Of a DNA stretch of 64,000 nucleotides, positions 48,189 to 58,414 are shown piece by piece. The stretch covers positions 158,061 through 222,060 of the forward strand of contig RDOC01000003.1 of NCBI GenBank assembly GCA_011364985.1, written 5' to 3'. The notes under the pieces are model-generated. The model searched no databases. It was given only the letters and a program-made list of their open reading frames with translations, and was not told the origin of the DNA. Made by a program: the position numbers and the translations under genes. Every line of letters starts with the position of its first letter. Position 1 is the first letter of the stretch. The DNA comes from Candidatus Thorarchaeota archaeon. Its GTDB lineage: Archaea; Asgardarchaeota; Thorarchaeia; Thorarchaeales; Thorarchaeaceae.

Positions 48189-48821
48189 ATGAAACTCTCA
48201 GATATACTTCAGCCTCTTCGAAATGAAGTGGAGTCCGATGATTCTCTACGTGAAATCACATTGCCGCTAGCTAGGGCTGCAGTTAGGAAGTGCAGTGAAT
48301 CAATCAAAGAGACTCATAGAGGAGATTACGATACTGCAGCCTCGCTGCTTGAAGAGGCAAAGAAGATGACTGAGAAAGCAAGACATCAGATTGCCAATAG
48401 TGAGTTCCTATCATCAAGGAATTTGGATACTGCATACCAAGAGATAGCTGAGGCCTCCAATCTGCTTTCCCTTCTAAGGGATGGAGACTTCACGCCACCT
48501 TCGGATAATGGAATACCTTCAAGACCATATTTGACTGGTCTTGCGGATACTGTAGGAGAATTACGAAGAGCCATATTAAATTCGCTTCGCACGGATGATA
48601 TGGAGCGAGCAAACAGGTTACTTGGGTTCATGGAGGAGATACTTGATGAACTTGGAACCTTTGATTTTCCCAATGCCCTCATTCCAGAGCTGAGAAGAAA
48701 GTGTGACGTGGCCCGTTCAATCATTGAACGCACGCAGGGCGACCTCACTACTGCGATTCAGCAGGCCAAATTGATAAAGGAACTCCGAGATTTCGAGAAA
48801 CGACATAGAAGTAGCGAATAG
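48189..48821 (+). CDS. Translin/Trax family protein
   Basis: QEIAEA, YLTGLADTVGELRR, LRRKCDVAR. Confidence 0.88.
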   Translation: MKLSDILQPLRNEVESDDSLREITLPLARAAVRKCSESIKETHRGDYDTAASLLEEAKKMTEKARHQIANSEFLSSRNLDTAYQEIAEASNLLSLLRDGDFTPPSDNGIPSRPYLTGLADTVGELRRAILNSLRTDDMERANRLLGFMEEILDELGTFDFPNALIPELRRKCDVARSIIERTQGDLTTAIQQAKLIKELRDFEKRHRSSE

Positions 48822-48838
48822 TTGGGAATGATGAAGGA

Positions 48839-49519
48839 ATGATAGCACCAGAGATGTGGTTCACGCTTTATGTCCTTGCTCAGGAGGGTGCTATGCATAG
48901 AGGTGCAGTTCTAACAACGCACAAGGTGGGCGAACTGCTGCAGGTAAGCCAGCAAACTGCATCCAGAAGAATTGCTTCATGTGTGGAGGAGGGGTACATA
49001 ACAAGAATACATTCGGCAAAAGGAATGGTCATTGAGATATCTGACAAAGGCCGAAAGGAGCTGGATGGTGTACGGTCGGCTCTCGAATTGGCATTTGCTG
49101 CTCAGGTTGATGAAATCAGCATTGAGGGGGCAGTTGTTCATGGACTTGGAGAGGGAGCTTACTATGTTGATATGTATTCGGAACGATTCGAAAAGGCTCT
49201 TGGATTCAAACCATTTTTGGGAACGTTGAACGTGAAGATTACAGATGAAAGAGCACGTAAGGCATTGGCGAGAATGAAGCAGACGCCGCCTTTGATTGTC
49301 CCAGGATTCACGCAGGAGGGACGGACCTTTGGTGATGTGGTTTGTTATCATGTCCTAATCAATCAAAAGGTCGAAGGGGCGGTGGTTGCTGCGCAACGCA
49401 CTCATCACAGCCAGAACATACTGGAAGTGATCTCTCCATTCAATCTTAGGAAACGGTTGAGATTGAAGGATAATGATGTTGTAGTTCTTACACTCATTCC
49501 GTTGCATCTGGCGAAATAG
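48839..49519 (+). CDS. ribK: CTP-dependent riboflavin kinase with N-terminal wHTH
   Basis: SQQTASR; GLGEGAYY, PFLGTLN, RTHH, LEVISP. Confidence 0.9.
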   Translation: MIAPEMWFTLYVLAQEGAMHRGAVLTTHKVGELLQVSQQTASRRIASCVEEGYITRIHSAKGMVIEISDKGRKELDGVRSALELAFAAQVDEISIEGAVVHGLGEGAYYVDMYSERFEKALGFKPFLGTLNVKITDERARKALARMKQTPPLIVPGFTQEGRTFGDVVCYHVLINQKVEGAVVAAQRTHHSQNILEVISPFNLRKRLRLKDNDVVVLTLIPLHLAK

Positions 49520-49521
49520 GA

Positions 49522-50223
49522 CTAATGACCGTATTCTCCGGTCAGAGGTACAAATGCGACTCCGCCCCATCTGTGGATCTTGACTTCAGAGTCCAAGCCC
49601 TTCTTCACAAGCATCAGCTCCTGATAGAAGCCTCGACTTCCAACAGGAATGAGCATTGTTCCACCTAGTTTGAGCTGTTCCATAAGAGGCGTGGGGATAC
49701 TTGGTGCTGCAGCTGCGACAAAAATACCATCAAAAGGAGCTTTCTCGGGAAGGCCTTTTCCTCCATCTCCATGAATCAAGGTCACTCTATCGAGGTAGCC
49801 TGTTCTCTCGAGATTGCCTTTTGCGAAAGTGATTAGCTCATCAACTATTTCAATAGTATAGACATGACCAGGATTTTCTGTTCCTTCAGGGGCGACCATC
49901 TCAGCACAGAGAGCTGCATGATATCCAGACCCGGCACCCACCTCTAGAACAGTCATTCCTTCTTGAAGTTTCAGACCTTCGCACATTATTACACACATAT
50001 GCGGTGCAGAGATGGTTTGACCATGTCCTATTGAGAGTGGAGAATCCCTGTAGGCATACTTCCTCGACGAAGGCAGGACAAATTCCTCACGAGGAACTAC
50101 TCTGAAGGCATGTTCCATGGCTCCAGTCCTGATATACCCTCTTCGTTTTAGCTGGCTGATTAGGACATCCTTTTCTTTGATGAGGGGATTGATGGACATC
50201 GCTCTCAATGCTATGAGAACCAT
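49522..50223 (-). CDS. pcm: Protein-L-isoaspartate O-methyltransferase
   Basis: GQTISAPHM, LEVGAGSGY, AFVPL. Confidence 0.93.
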   Translation of the reverse strand: MVLIALRAMSINPLIKEKDVLISQLKRRGYIRTGAMEHAFRVVPREEFVLPSSRKYAYRDSPLSIGHGQTISAPHMCVIMCEGLKLQEGMTVLEVGAGSGYHAALCAEMVAPEGTENPGHVYTIEIVDELITFAKGNLERTGYLDRVTLIHGDGGKGLPEKAPFDGIFVAAAAPSIPTPLMEQLKLGGTMLIPVGSRGFYQELMLVKKGLDSEVKIHRWGGVAFVPLTGEYGH

Positions 50224-50258
50224 GCAATGATAAAAGCGTTCATACTAAAGGAAAAAAC

Positions 50259-50687
50259 ATGCAGACTGTACGATTTCAGGCATCAGGTCATCAGAACATC
50301 ATTGGCGTCCATTCCACTACACTCGAAATCACGTCGGAAGACAATCTGACCAAGCGAGGAACTTGTATTATCGGGGTCAATGCAACTGTAAATCTGCATG
50401 ATTTGGACATGAACCTGAAAGAACTGGCCTCGCAGGACACAACCAAGATAGTCCTCAGAATGAAGGTGGATGGTCTCTTGGAAGAGATTATAGGCTGGGG
50501 AGCCTCTGGACTCACCTATTCGGATACCACAAGTATGGTTGCAAGAACCAGCTTTTTTCGCTGTAATCGCACAGTAATGGTTGGGACCAATAAAGCAGCA
50601 TCTGACCTAGATCGGACGTTTGTTGAGCATCTGAAGTCGCCAGATGCAGTGTTGTATTGTGAACTTTTATTCATTATCGAACACTGA
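50259..50687 (+). CDS. DUF371 family protein
   Basis: GHQNI..H.TTLEIT..LTKRGTCIIGV, NKAASDL. Confidence 0.85.
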   Translation: MQTVRFQASGHQNIIGVHSTTLEITSEDNLTKRGTCIIGVNATVNLHDLDMNLKELASQDTTKIVLRMKVDGLLEEIIGWGASGLTYSDTTSMVARTSFFRCNRTVMVGTNKAASDLDRTFVEHLKSPDAVLYCELLFIIEH

Positions 50688-51738
50688 CATCACATACCAT
50701 TTGGTATTCATAGGGAGCACTATCTCGTACTCTTCGAACTCGAGAAATAGCCTTTATTTTGCGGCCTGCGGCTTCAATCATCTCTGTTATCTGCTTCTTG
50801 AGTTCATCTTCAGGATTCTCGCTGCTCATGAACTCGTAGTAATGCAGTATCCCTCCAGACTTGATTGCTTGACAGGCATCTGGAAGATACTCCTTCGCCT
50901 TCGAAGGGTGGTTCATGATAATACGGTCAACCTTGTCAGGAAGCCGCTCACGAATGTACTCACGCGCATCAGAGATAGTGGGGATCACTTCTCCGACAAG
51001 CTTGTTGATTTTCAGGCTCTCTTTCAGGAGGGATATTGCCTCCGAGTTAATATCAACTGCTAGGACTCTTGCGGCATGTTTCTTGGCAATATGAAGTGCA
51101 AACGGTCCAACTCCAGTGAACATGTCAAGCACTGTTTCATCATCCACGACTTGATTTGAAACCTGATTATGTTCCTCTAATAATCGTGGACTGAAGTATG
51201 CCTTGGCAAGATCAACTCGTATTTTGCATCCATACTCTATGTGGATTGTATCTGTCTTGTCTTCGCCAGCAAGGAGAGAATAGTCTCGCACTCGTATTGT
51301 GCCACTCACTGCTCCCTTTTTTCCTAATACTGTTGAGAAGCTTGGATGAACCTTGAGAAATGCGTTGCCAATAGTCTCTGAAAAGGCGGACAGCTCATCC
51401 GGAATCTCAAGAACGGCAATATCGCCAACCAGATCATAGGATCTTGGAAGAAGACCAAGCTGCTCTTTTGTGAGCCTGTCAGATAATGCATCTGATAGAG
51501 TATTTGGGCCTTCAGAAATCGGAGCAAATTCTCTTGTGCCGAACTCGACGTCTTCAATGCTAAGAAGCGACCGGACTTCAATCTCAGTGGATTTGTTAAC
51601 CAGAGGCAAATAGAGATGGGAGCCTTCACTGATTATTCGATAACTGGGATTAAGAAGACCCTTCTCTAGTAGGATTTGCCGGGCAGTCTCGCCCATTATG
51701 GAAGGGATTTTGACGTAGTATTTCTCTGATGACATCAA
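50674..51738 (-). CDS. trm5: Trm5/Taw2 family tRNA (G37) methyltransferase
   Basis: SYDLVGDIA, YFSPRL, DMFTGVGPF, IIMNHP. Confidence 0.85.
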   Translation of the reverse strand: MMSSEKYYVKIPSIMGETARQILLEKGLLNPSYRIISEGSHLYLPLVNKSTEIEVRSLLSIEDVEFGTREFAPISEGPNTLSDALSDRLTKEQLGLLPRSYDLVGDIAVLEIPDELSAFSETIGNAFLKVHPSFSTVLGKKGAVSGTIRVRDYSLLAGEDKTDTIHIEYGCKIRVDLAKAYFSPRLLEEHNQVSNQVVDDETVLDMFTGVGPFALHIAKKHAARVLAVDINSEAISLLKESLKINKLVGEVIPTISDAREYIRERLPDKVDRIIMNHPSKAKEYLPDACQAIKSGGILHYYEFMSSENPEDELKKQITEMIEAAGRKIKAISRVRRVRDSAPYEYQMVCDVSVR

Positions 51739-51795
51739 GAAGTAGGAGATGGCCGTTCCCTAAGACCATTACGCTATTAGCTAGCATGATTTGAC

Positions 51796-52872
51796 TCAAA
51801 AGCTCGCCTTGACGATTTTGACGTATTCTTTTCGTTCATAATCCTTGGTTCCAACCAACATCTGATAGAAGGGCTTATCTCCTCTGATACTGGGTTCCAC
51901 AAGTTGGAGAACCCCACAGACCTCGACTATATCTCCCGTTCGCAATAATCCACGAAAGGTGCCTTCGTAAATCATAATGCGATCTACAACGATATCTTTG
52001 GTCAGAGGAATGGATTCAGATTCAGCAATGTATATTGAAGGCGAGAATAGACCGTATGTGTCATCCTTTATCTCCATAACCACACGAATCGGCATTGATG
52101 TCTTAGCATGATATGACTCACTTCCATGGCGAATAGGATATTCATCTGGTAAGAGCACTGGCATTATGCCAATGGGTCGATCATAGCAATGTAGAAGCTT
52201 ACGCCTAGCGAACAGAAGTCGTACGTCCGAAGGAGTGAGATCAGGTATCTTTGAAAACAGCCGGGACATTGCCATTGCCCATTCATTAATCTGCCGCATC
52301 TTTATGTGGTCGTTGTTTCTGGCCATTTCGAAATAGCTCTTCTCAAGTCTCCATGATGCATCAAGTCCGTAGACATTCATATTGACGTCAGACTGATTGG
52401 TGCTATGAGCTTTCCAGAGAATGCTTCCGGCCACTCCTAAATCATCAAAGGAAATGTCTAGAGTCTCGTGAAGGGTTTCAGCCATCTTCAGGGCATCAGC
52501 CTCCAGCTTATCACTTGGACCTTTGTCAATTATCTCTTGAAGGCGTTTCTCTGGAGAGAAGTATCTCGTTACTTCTCGGTGAGGCACCTCTGCAAGTGTG
52601 GTTCGGAAGTGGGTATCTTTGCGAAGATATTCCGTCGGCACAGATCGCATACCTCGGACAACTGATTCGGAGCCGCCGAAGAACAATCTCCGATACTTCG
52701 TACCACCGGCTTTCCACCGACCAAGAGGATCGGGGACGTACTTCAGAAATGACAAGAATCGGTTTTGGGGTTGGATGTGGCCCAAGGCAACATAGACTCT
52801 CCCCTCCTTGTCGTGAAATATATCACGATCCCTTGCATAGGTCGGTGGGTCTATCTCTGCGGGACTATCCAA
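51796..52872 (-). CDS. Predicted archaeal nucleotidyltransferase
   Basis: FLKYVP, LGVAGSIL..SDVNMNVYG. Confidence 0.7.
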   Translation of the reverse strand: MDSPAEIDPPTYARDRDIFHDKEGRVYVALGHIQPQNRFLSFLKYVPDPLGRWKAGGTKYRRLFFGGSESVVRGMRSVPTEYLRKDTHFRTTLAEVPHREVTRYFSPEKRLQEIIDKGPSDKLEADALKMAETLHETLDISFDDLGVAGSILWKAHSTNQSDVNMNVYGLDASWRLEKSYFEMARNNDHIKMRQINEWAMAMSRLFSKIPDLTPSDVRLLFARRKLLHCYDRPIGIMPVLLPDEYPIRHGSESYHAKTSMPIRVVMEIKDDTYGLFSPSIYIAESESIPLTKDIVVDRIMIYEGTFRGLLRTGDIVEVCGVLQLVEPSIRGDKPFYQMLVGTKDYERKEYVKIVKASF

Positions 52873-52948
52873 GTTACCAGACCTCTCTGGATCTGTTAAG
52901 GCTACACAGATTAGGAGCTATTACATCCATAGTTTCGAGGAATCACCA

Positions 52949-54154
52949 GTGCGCATCCTCCATCTCTGCGACAGCATGAACCCAAGTGGGCTTGGAGGCT
53001 ATGAATCTTATTTGCACTATCTCTCTGCACAGCTTGCTTCTGCGGACCATGAATCAATCATTGTTACACAGTCACCAGCTAGGAATTCCCCAAGAGAATT
53101 ACAACACGAGCATTATATGTTGTATCATCTAAGGGGCAATCTCTTGGAGGCGAGAAAATGGGAGTACTATGCAATGCCAGAAGATGCGCGTAGTGTCGCA
53201 GCTAGCAAGCTTTTCAAATTGAATGATGTGGCGAAGAATGTTCTTCTTTTGACGAAGGAACTCAAGAAGTTGATTGAGAACCACAGGCCTGATATCATAC
53301 ATGCGCATAGCACCTACGTTGTACTCAATCGCGTTCTAACCAGACTGACAAGAGATTCTGACCTAGATGTCCCTTCCATTGTGACTATTCACGGATTGCC
53401 AAAACCACTTATCCTTCCAAGTGGAAAAAAGACAACAGACTATAACGAGCTAGTATCAGCGTTTCCCTTTAAATTGGCACTTGGAGTAAGCGAAGCCGTG
53501 TCACAGGCTCTGAGAAAGCATCTTGAGCCATCGAAACTCGAAAGCCTTGTCCGTACCGAGTACCTTGGAGTGAATATGTCTCTGTTCAAACCTCGTCCGA
53601 ATCTTGAGAAGAGATGGGATGTAGCTTTCATGGGCAGACTGGAAGAGATGAAATCTGTGGACCTCTTTCCAAAGATGCTTGCTCTCCTTAAGTCAACACA
53701 CCCTGATTTGAAGATGATGCTGACAGGGGATGGATCTCTCAAGACACGCTTACTGGAGGATATTGAACAACTGGGAGTGGAATCACTTGTGGAATACCGA
53801 GGTGTTGTGGAGACGGAAAGAGTTCCTGAGCTGATCAATCAGAGCCGCGTTTTCCTCTATCCCTCTAGAAGAGAACCCTTTGGTCTTTCCATAGTAGAGA
53901 GCATGGCTTGTGGAGTACCAGTAGTTACAACGGGTGTCTTTGGCCCCAGTGAGATTGTAAGGCATGAGTGGGATGGATACATTGTGCCAGTAGATGATGT
54001 TCAGGCTCTTGCAGAAGCAATAGAAACGCTTCTATCGGATGCCAGTCTCAGATTGCGACTCGGCAGGAATGCTGTGAACACTGTGAAGAAACGGTTTGAT
54101 ATCCGACTACATGCCAAACGCCTGATGAGTATATACAGAGAAGTTCTTGCCTAG
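52949..54154 (+). CDS. GT4 family glycosyltransferase
   Basis: FMGRLEEMK, EPFGLSIVESMACGVPVV. Confidence 0.9.
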   Translation: MRILHLCDSMNPSGLGGYESYLHYLSAQLASADHESIIVTQSPARNSPRELQHEHYMLYHLRGNLLEARKWEYYAMPEDARSVAASKLFKLNDVAKNVLLLTKELKKLIENHRPDIIHAHSTYVVLNRVLTRLTRDSDLDVPSIVTIHGLPKPLILPSGKKTTDYNELVSAFPFKLALGVSEAVSQALRKHLEPSKLESLVRTEYLGVNMSLFKPRPNLEKRWDVAFMGRLEEMKSVDLFPKMLALLKSTHPDLKMMLTGDGSLKTRLLEDIEQLGVESLVEYRGVVETERVPELINQSRVFLYPSRREPFGLSIVESMACGVPVVTTGVFGPSEIVRHEWDGYIVPVDDVQALAEAIETLLSDASLRLRLGRNAVNTVKKRFDIRLHAKRLMSIYREVLA

Positions 54155-54167
54155 CAAAAAGGAATAA

Positions 54168-54188
54168 GTGGGGCAAATCATGCCCCAC
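54168..54188. terminator. Hairpin between convergent genes
   Basis: GTGGGGCA-aatca-TGCCCCAC. Confidence 0.5.
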
Positions 54189-54196
54189 ATTATGTG

Positions 54197-55015
54197 CTAT
54201 TTGGCCACAATTCTTGTGGCTGCAACTGGCTCTCCTTTAAGGAAAGATTTGAGGTTACCGTACTCCATCATTGAGAGAAGTCCGACCTCTAAGCCCTGCT
54301 CAATCTCTGGCAGTGCAGGAACCAAGGACTCCAACTTCCCTTTCATCTTCCCACTTGCATCTGCTGTCTCTGATTTGCCCATGCGTTTGAGTGTTGCATC
54401 TAGCTGATTCAGATTCACCATATCGATGAGTGGAGCCTCAGGGTCAAGCTTCGGGTCAGCTTCGTAGATACCCGATACATCAGAAGCGAAGATGAGACGC
54501 TCTGCCCCAAGCTCCTTGGCAATGATGACAGCTAGTTGGTCACCGCTTCCAACACTCCATCCCATGATTGCATCGACAAGAATGTCGCCTCCCAACAAAG
54601 GCACCATTCCTACCGAGGCGAATCCCTTGAGAGAGTCAAGGAAGTAATTAGTCATCCTCATTTTCTCGGCAGTCACCATTGACGAGGGATACATCAGGCA
54701 CACAGGAATCCCAGCCTTTTGGAGCTCCTTGACTATTATATGACGAAGCGTCGCTACACTCTCCTGGGTTTCCGAGAGAGGCAGCAACTGCTCAGGGCCG
54801 AGGAATCCTTTGTGCAGATTGTACTTGAGAACCGGCGGGTGACCATAGGAACCGACACCATGCAGCAGAACCAGAGATTGAATCAGATCTTCGTCAAGGC
54901 ATTCCCTTATCTCTTGAGTGACCGAACTCAAAACCTTCTCTCTGTAGGTGTACGGTTTGGTCTTGTCAGTCAATAAGGAACCACCGAGCTTGATGATGGT
55001 CAGGTCCTTGGTCAT
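54197..55015 (-). CDS. ipk: Isopentenyl phosphate kinase
   Basis: IKLGGSLLTDK, HGVGSYGH, SGDQ, DASGKMKGK. Confidence 0.88.
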   Translation of the reverse strand: MTKDLTIIKLGGSLLTDKTKPYTYREKVLSSVTQEIRECLDEDLIQSLVLLHGVGSYGHPPVLKYNLHKGFLGPEQLLPLSETQESVATLRHIIVKELQKAGIPVCLMYPSSMVTAEKMRMTNYFLDSLKGFASVGMVPLLGGDILVDAIMGWSVGSGDQLAVIIAKELGAERLIFASDVSGIYEADPKLDPEAPLIDMVNLNQLDATLKRMGKSETADASGKMKGKLESLVPALPEIEQGLEVGLLSMMEYGNLKSFLKGEPVAATRIVAK

Positions 55016-55034
55016 TTTACATCACTACACGAAC

Positions 55035-55856
55035 TTAGAAGAGAGTGAACAGGGGATAGGGCCAGAATAGGCCGATATATGGCAGTATCAGACACATCAC
55101 AATGGCTGCAATAGTGATTGTGATGTTATCTAGTCCTTTTGGAGTCAGCGCTTCCACGATTGTAGCGACAATGCTAACAACAATGATTGGAAGAAGCAGG
55201 TCAATCAGTGCAAAGGAAGACACTTCGATGGAAAAGAGAAATACCAAGATTATACTGGATAAGACAGATCCAATGAACATGCCAATGGTTCCGGCTAACG
55301 TCTTCTCAGCTCCGCCTATTCCGAATTTCTTCTCGCCTCCGTATTTGCGTCCAATGACATCTGCAAGACCATCACCACCAGCAAGACAACCAAAGACTAT
55401 GAGCGCAAGTGGTGTAGCATTTGCAAGAGTTGCATCAGCAGGCACATAGAACCAGAGAACAGCTACAACCATCATCAGGAATGCGTAGTATAGCGTTCCT
55501 CCAAGAAGTTCTTTGGGATCTCCGGACCTAGACATTGAACTTACAAAGTCTTCATTGACCATCTTTCCAGTCCCAATTGCCACAAACAGGATTACAAACA
55601 ATAGCGGAACTATTAATGCTAGCCATCGACTGAAGACACTCCCTGAGAAAAGCACCCAAGTGACAACCCAGAGAGGAGCAGCAAAGGTATGAATCACCTT
55701 TCTTGTGACGGTTGTCGATAGCTTCCCACTCTTTTCGATTGCAGCATTGATTTGAACGAGCATCAATATCAAAATGAACGAAACAATGAATGCAATGAAG
55801 TCCCAGACTAACTCAAGGCCAGGAAATCCTAACAATTCAAGTAAATTGAACACCAT
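55035..55856 (-). CDS. CTP-dependent prenol (phytol/farnesol/dolichol) kinase-like membrane protein
   Basis: TRKVIH, SRSGDPKELLGGTLYY, GDGLADVIGRKYG, KTLAG, DNITI. Confidence 0.85.
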   Translation of the reverse strand: MVFNLLELLGFPGLELVWDFIAFIVSFILILMLVQINAAIEKSGKLSTTVTRKVIHTFAAPLWVVTWVLFSGSVFSRWLALIVPLLFVILFVAIGTGKMVNEDFVSSMSRSGDPKELLGGTLYYAFLMMVVAVLWFYVPADATLANATPLALIVFGCLAGGDGLADVIGRKYGGEKKFGIGGAEKTLAGTIGMFIGSVLSSIILVFLFSIEVSSFALIDLLLPIIVVSIVATIVEALTPKGLDNITITIAAIVMCLILPYIGLFWPYPLFTLF

Positions 55857-55976
55857 GTTTCCAATTTCCTCCCAGATAATTGGTCTTCAGGGGCAGCCAC
55901 TGCCCAACCTAAAAATCTGCCGAGAGAGCTTGAAACGAAAGAGAGAGGACTGAATGATCCTCTCTGTCTGTTATGT

Positions 55977-56600
55977 TCACAGTGTCGTGGGAAAGACCTT
56001 GATCATAAATGCATACCAGATTCGGCCAAACACTGGTGTAAGGAAGGCAACGGTTAGCATCCCCTGAGTCAGAAGAGGTAGTGTCACAAACCCAATGACT
56101 GCCATCGTTGCAGCGCCCTCAATTGTGAGCCCAATTACTGTGACTAGGAGAAGGGTGAAAGTCATTCCAACTATCGACATGATAGACAACTTGACCAATG
56201 ACCGACCGTTGTCTAATTCATAAGAAGCCAAGCCAACCACAAGACCTGTAAATCCATATGCGAATGCGGGCAATGTCATTGTGATCATAGTTCCACTCAA
56301 TAAGGTACCTGCCAGCAGCTCGCCAAGATAGCCAGTAAGTAGGCCAGCAATAGGACCACGAATAGCACCTACAAGGGCAATCACTGCAAGAGCTGGAAGA
56401 AGACCAAGTGTGAATAGATCGACCATGATGTACGGCCAAGAAATCCACTTCAGAACAATGTAGATGACGGCCCCAAACAAAGCTGTAAGCAGCGTTCCTA
56501 AGGCGACTTTCGGTTCTTGAACTTGCAGTAGCTCCAATACTGTCTTTTCATCACTACCCTCTTTCCGTGCTGTTGATTCTTCATTCATGTTACTCATCAC
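55977..56600 (-). CDS. ECF transporter S-component-like membrane protein
   Basis: About six TM; GAIRGPIAGLLTGYLG signature. Confidence 0.7.
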   Translation of the reverse strand: MMSNMNEESTARKEGSDEKTVLELLQVQEPKVALGTLLTALFGAVIYIVLKWISWPYIMVDLFTLGLLPALAVIALVGAIRGPIAGLLTGYLGELLAGTLLSGTMITMTLPAFAYGFTGLVVGLASYELDNGRSLVKLSIMSIVGMTFTLLLVTVIGLTIEGAATMAVIGFVTLPLLTQGMLTVAFLTPVFGRIWYAFMIKVFPTTL

Positions 56601-56601
56601 C

Positions 56602-58233
56602 TCACATTATTACCAATTGGTAGATTCCCGGCTGTAAAGTGAGAGTGTAGTCAGATCCGCTCTGTTGGAGTGCGGCGAGAACACTCCCTCTGGAGTATGC
56701 TGTTGGTTGAGAAGCAAAATTGCTGAAGGTCAGAGACGCAGCTTGGTCAACTTGGATGTTTAGGATGAATCCGTCTTTTTCCGAGTCCCATTGTGCCTGG
56801 TATACCCAGATGTTTCTGTCGTCGGCCGCACTTATGTAAGGATAGTTCCAGAACTCTGCAGCCCGAGCCTCAGTGACATCCTTTATTGTAACAGGAAGAT
56901 TTCCCCATAGATATCCGAACCCAGCAATAGATTGGAGGAACCCATCGAGAGAGAGCGTGTCGAAATGCATTTCCCTTCCGTTGGCGGACCAGACCTTGTT
57001 GTAGGAATTGAAGAAGAAATTGGCCAATCGGTTCCGGGTCACATAGTCCTTTTGTTGATTCGCAATATGCAGGGCGAAGAGAGTTGCAAGAATATCATAG
57101 GTGGCAAATCCGTCTGGATTGTTGTAACTATCCATGATGAAGGCCTTGTCATCAGACAAGTTCTTCATGAAGTACTCAATGAATCTTGGATAGGTCTCTG
57201 CTGTCTGTTCGGGCTGTAGACTCTCTAGAAATGCCAGCGCCCATGCGTTTCCATACCCGGCAATTTTGGGCGTCGGGTTTTCGGTCCATGGAGAGAGTGC
57301 CAAACCTGGATATGCCTGTGGAAGTCGCTCACTGGCATAGTAAAATCCTGTAGGTTCGTAAAGATAGTATCCATCAGCAAAGAAGCCCTCTGTATTCACC
57401 ATATCATTGTTGACGAAGTTGAGACCATAGTCCCAGATAGGCAAGAAACTCGTCCCATACAGACCATCGTAGAGTTTGGTACAGACCATGGGCACCGAGT
57501 TACACTGCACAAAGACCACATACGGCTCGCAGGGGATTATTCCGGTACCCCAAATACCTCCCTCAGCAGGATGACCAAAGCCGTCCGTAGTTAATGAGTT
57601 GTTCCAATCAAGAATATAGTGCGTAATCTCGTCGGTCATTTCATTTGTGTTGAAGCTTCTCTCATACAGGGACATCATCAAGGCATAATGAGCAGTCCAC
57701 ATGATGTTCGCTGGGCCGCGAAAGCGTCCAACGTAGAGATCGCTCGTATCCGTCTGATTGGGCCAATAGTAGTTGACATAGTTGTATTCGGGATGCGACC
57801 ACTCCTTGTATTCTATACTATTGTTTCCCCATTCAGCCTCAGTGGTATTCATCTTCTTTATGAGATCATAGAGAAAGTCACGATAATGACTCGTACGATA
57901 CCCTGAAGTGATTTCAAACAGGAAAGAAACAGAATATGCCATGAAGGCAAGAACATAGTGATGCAGTCCATGCTGTTCTTCAGCATACCAGCCATTCCAT
58001 TCTCCATAGCCCTGATATTCATCGTTCACGATTGTATCCAAGTAATTGAAGAGAGCAAGCATCTCATGGTCCACAGAGTCGTAGTCAGCAAAGTTGAAGG
58101 TCGTTCCATTCACCGTCTGAACGCCTGTTTGAGTAGCAGGACCGGGGATGTTGCCAAAGGTCATTCCCGCCAGTATAATGCTGATTGTGAGTGCGGCCAA
58201 GAAGAACTTGTTCTTCTTTAAAATCTCGCTCAT
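56602..58233 (-). CDS. Linalool dehydratase/isomerase-like secreted or anchored protein
   Basis: YVLAFMAY, NIMWTAHY, GIIPCEPYVVFVQCNS; N-terminal signal/TM. Confidence 0.8.
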   Translation of the reverse strand: MSEILKKNKFFLAALTISIILAGMTFGNIPGPATQTGVQTVNGTTFNFADYDSVDHEMLALFNYLDTIVNDEYQGYGEWNGWYAEEQHGLHHYVLAFMAYSVSFLFEITSGYRTSHYRDFLYDLIKKMNTTEAEWGNNSIEYKEWSHPEYNYVNYYWPNQTDTSDLYVGRFRGPANIMWTAHYALMMSLYERSFNTNEMTDEITHYILDWNNSLTTDGFGHPAEGGIWGTGIIPCEPYVVFVQCNSVPMVCTKLYDGLYGTSFLPIWDYGLNFVNNDMVNTEGFFADGYYLYEPTGFYYASERLPQAYPGLALSPWTENPTPKIAGYGNAWALAFLESLQPEQTAETYPRFIEYFMKNLSDDKAFIMDSYNNPDGFATYDILATLFALHIANQQKDYVTRNRLANFFFNSYNKVWSANGREMHFDTLSLDGFLQSIAGFGYLWGNLPVTIKDVTEARAAEFWNYPYISAADDRNIWVYQAQWDSEKDGFILNIQVDQAASLTFSNFASQPTAYSRGSVLAALQQSGSDYTLTLQPGIYQLVIM

Positions 58234-58391
58234 AGAAGACGCCTCAAGTAGCTTTGCGTATGCATCAGAAGCCAGAAATCACATGCATTTCAGCAATATA
58301 TTTTCCACTATTGTAATGAATATTAGATTCACTTTTGATATATCGTCTAGTGAGATGCCTTCAAATTACGATAAAACAAGAAAAATAGTGA

Positions 58392-58409
58392 GTGGGGGAT
58401 TACCCCCAC
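58392..58409 (-). terminator. Hairpin + T-tract after peroxiredoxin
   Basis: GTGGGGG-atta-CCCCCAC. Confidence 0.5.
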
Positions 58410-58414
58410 ATTGG

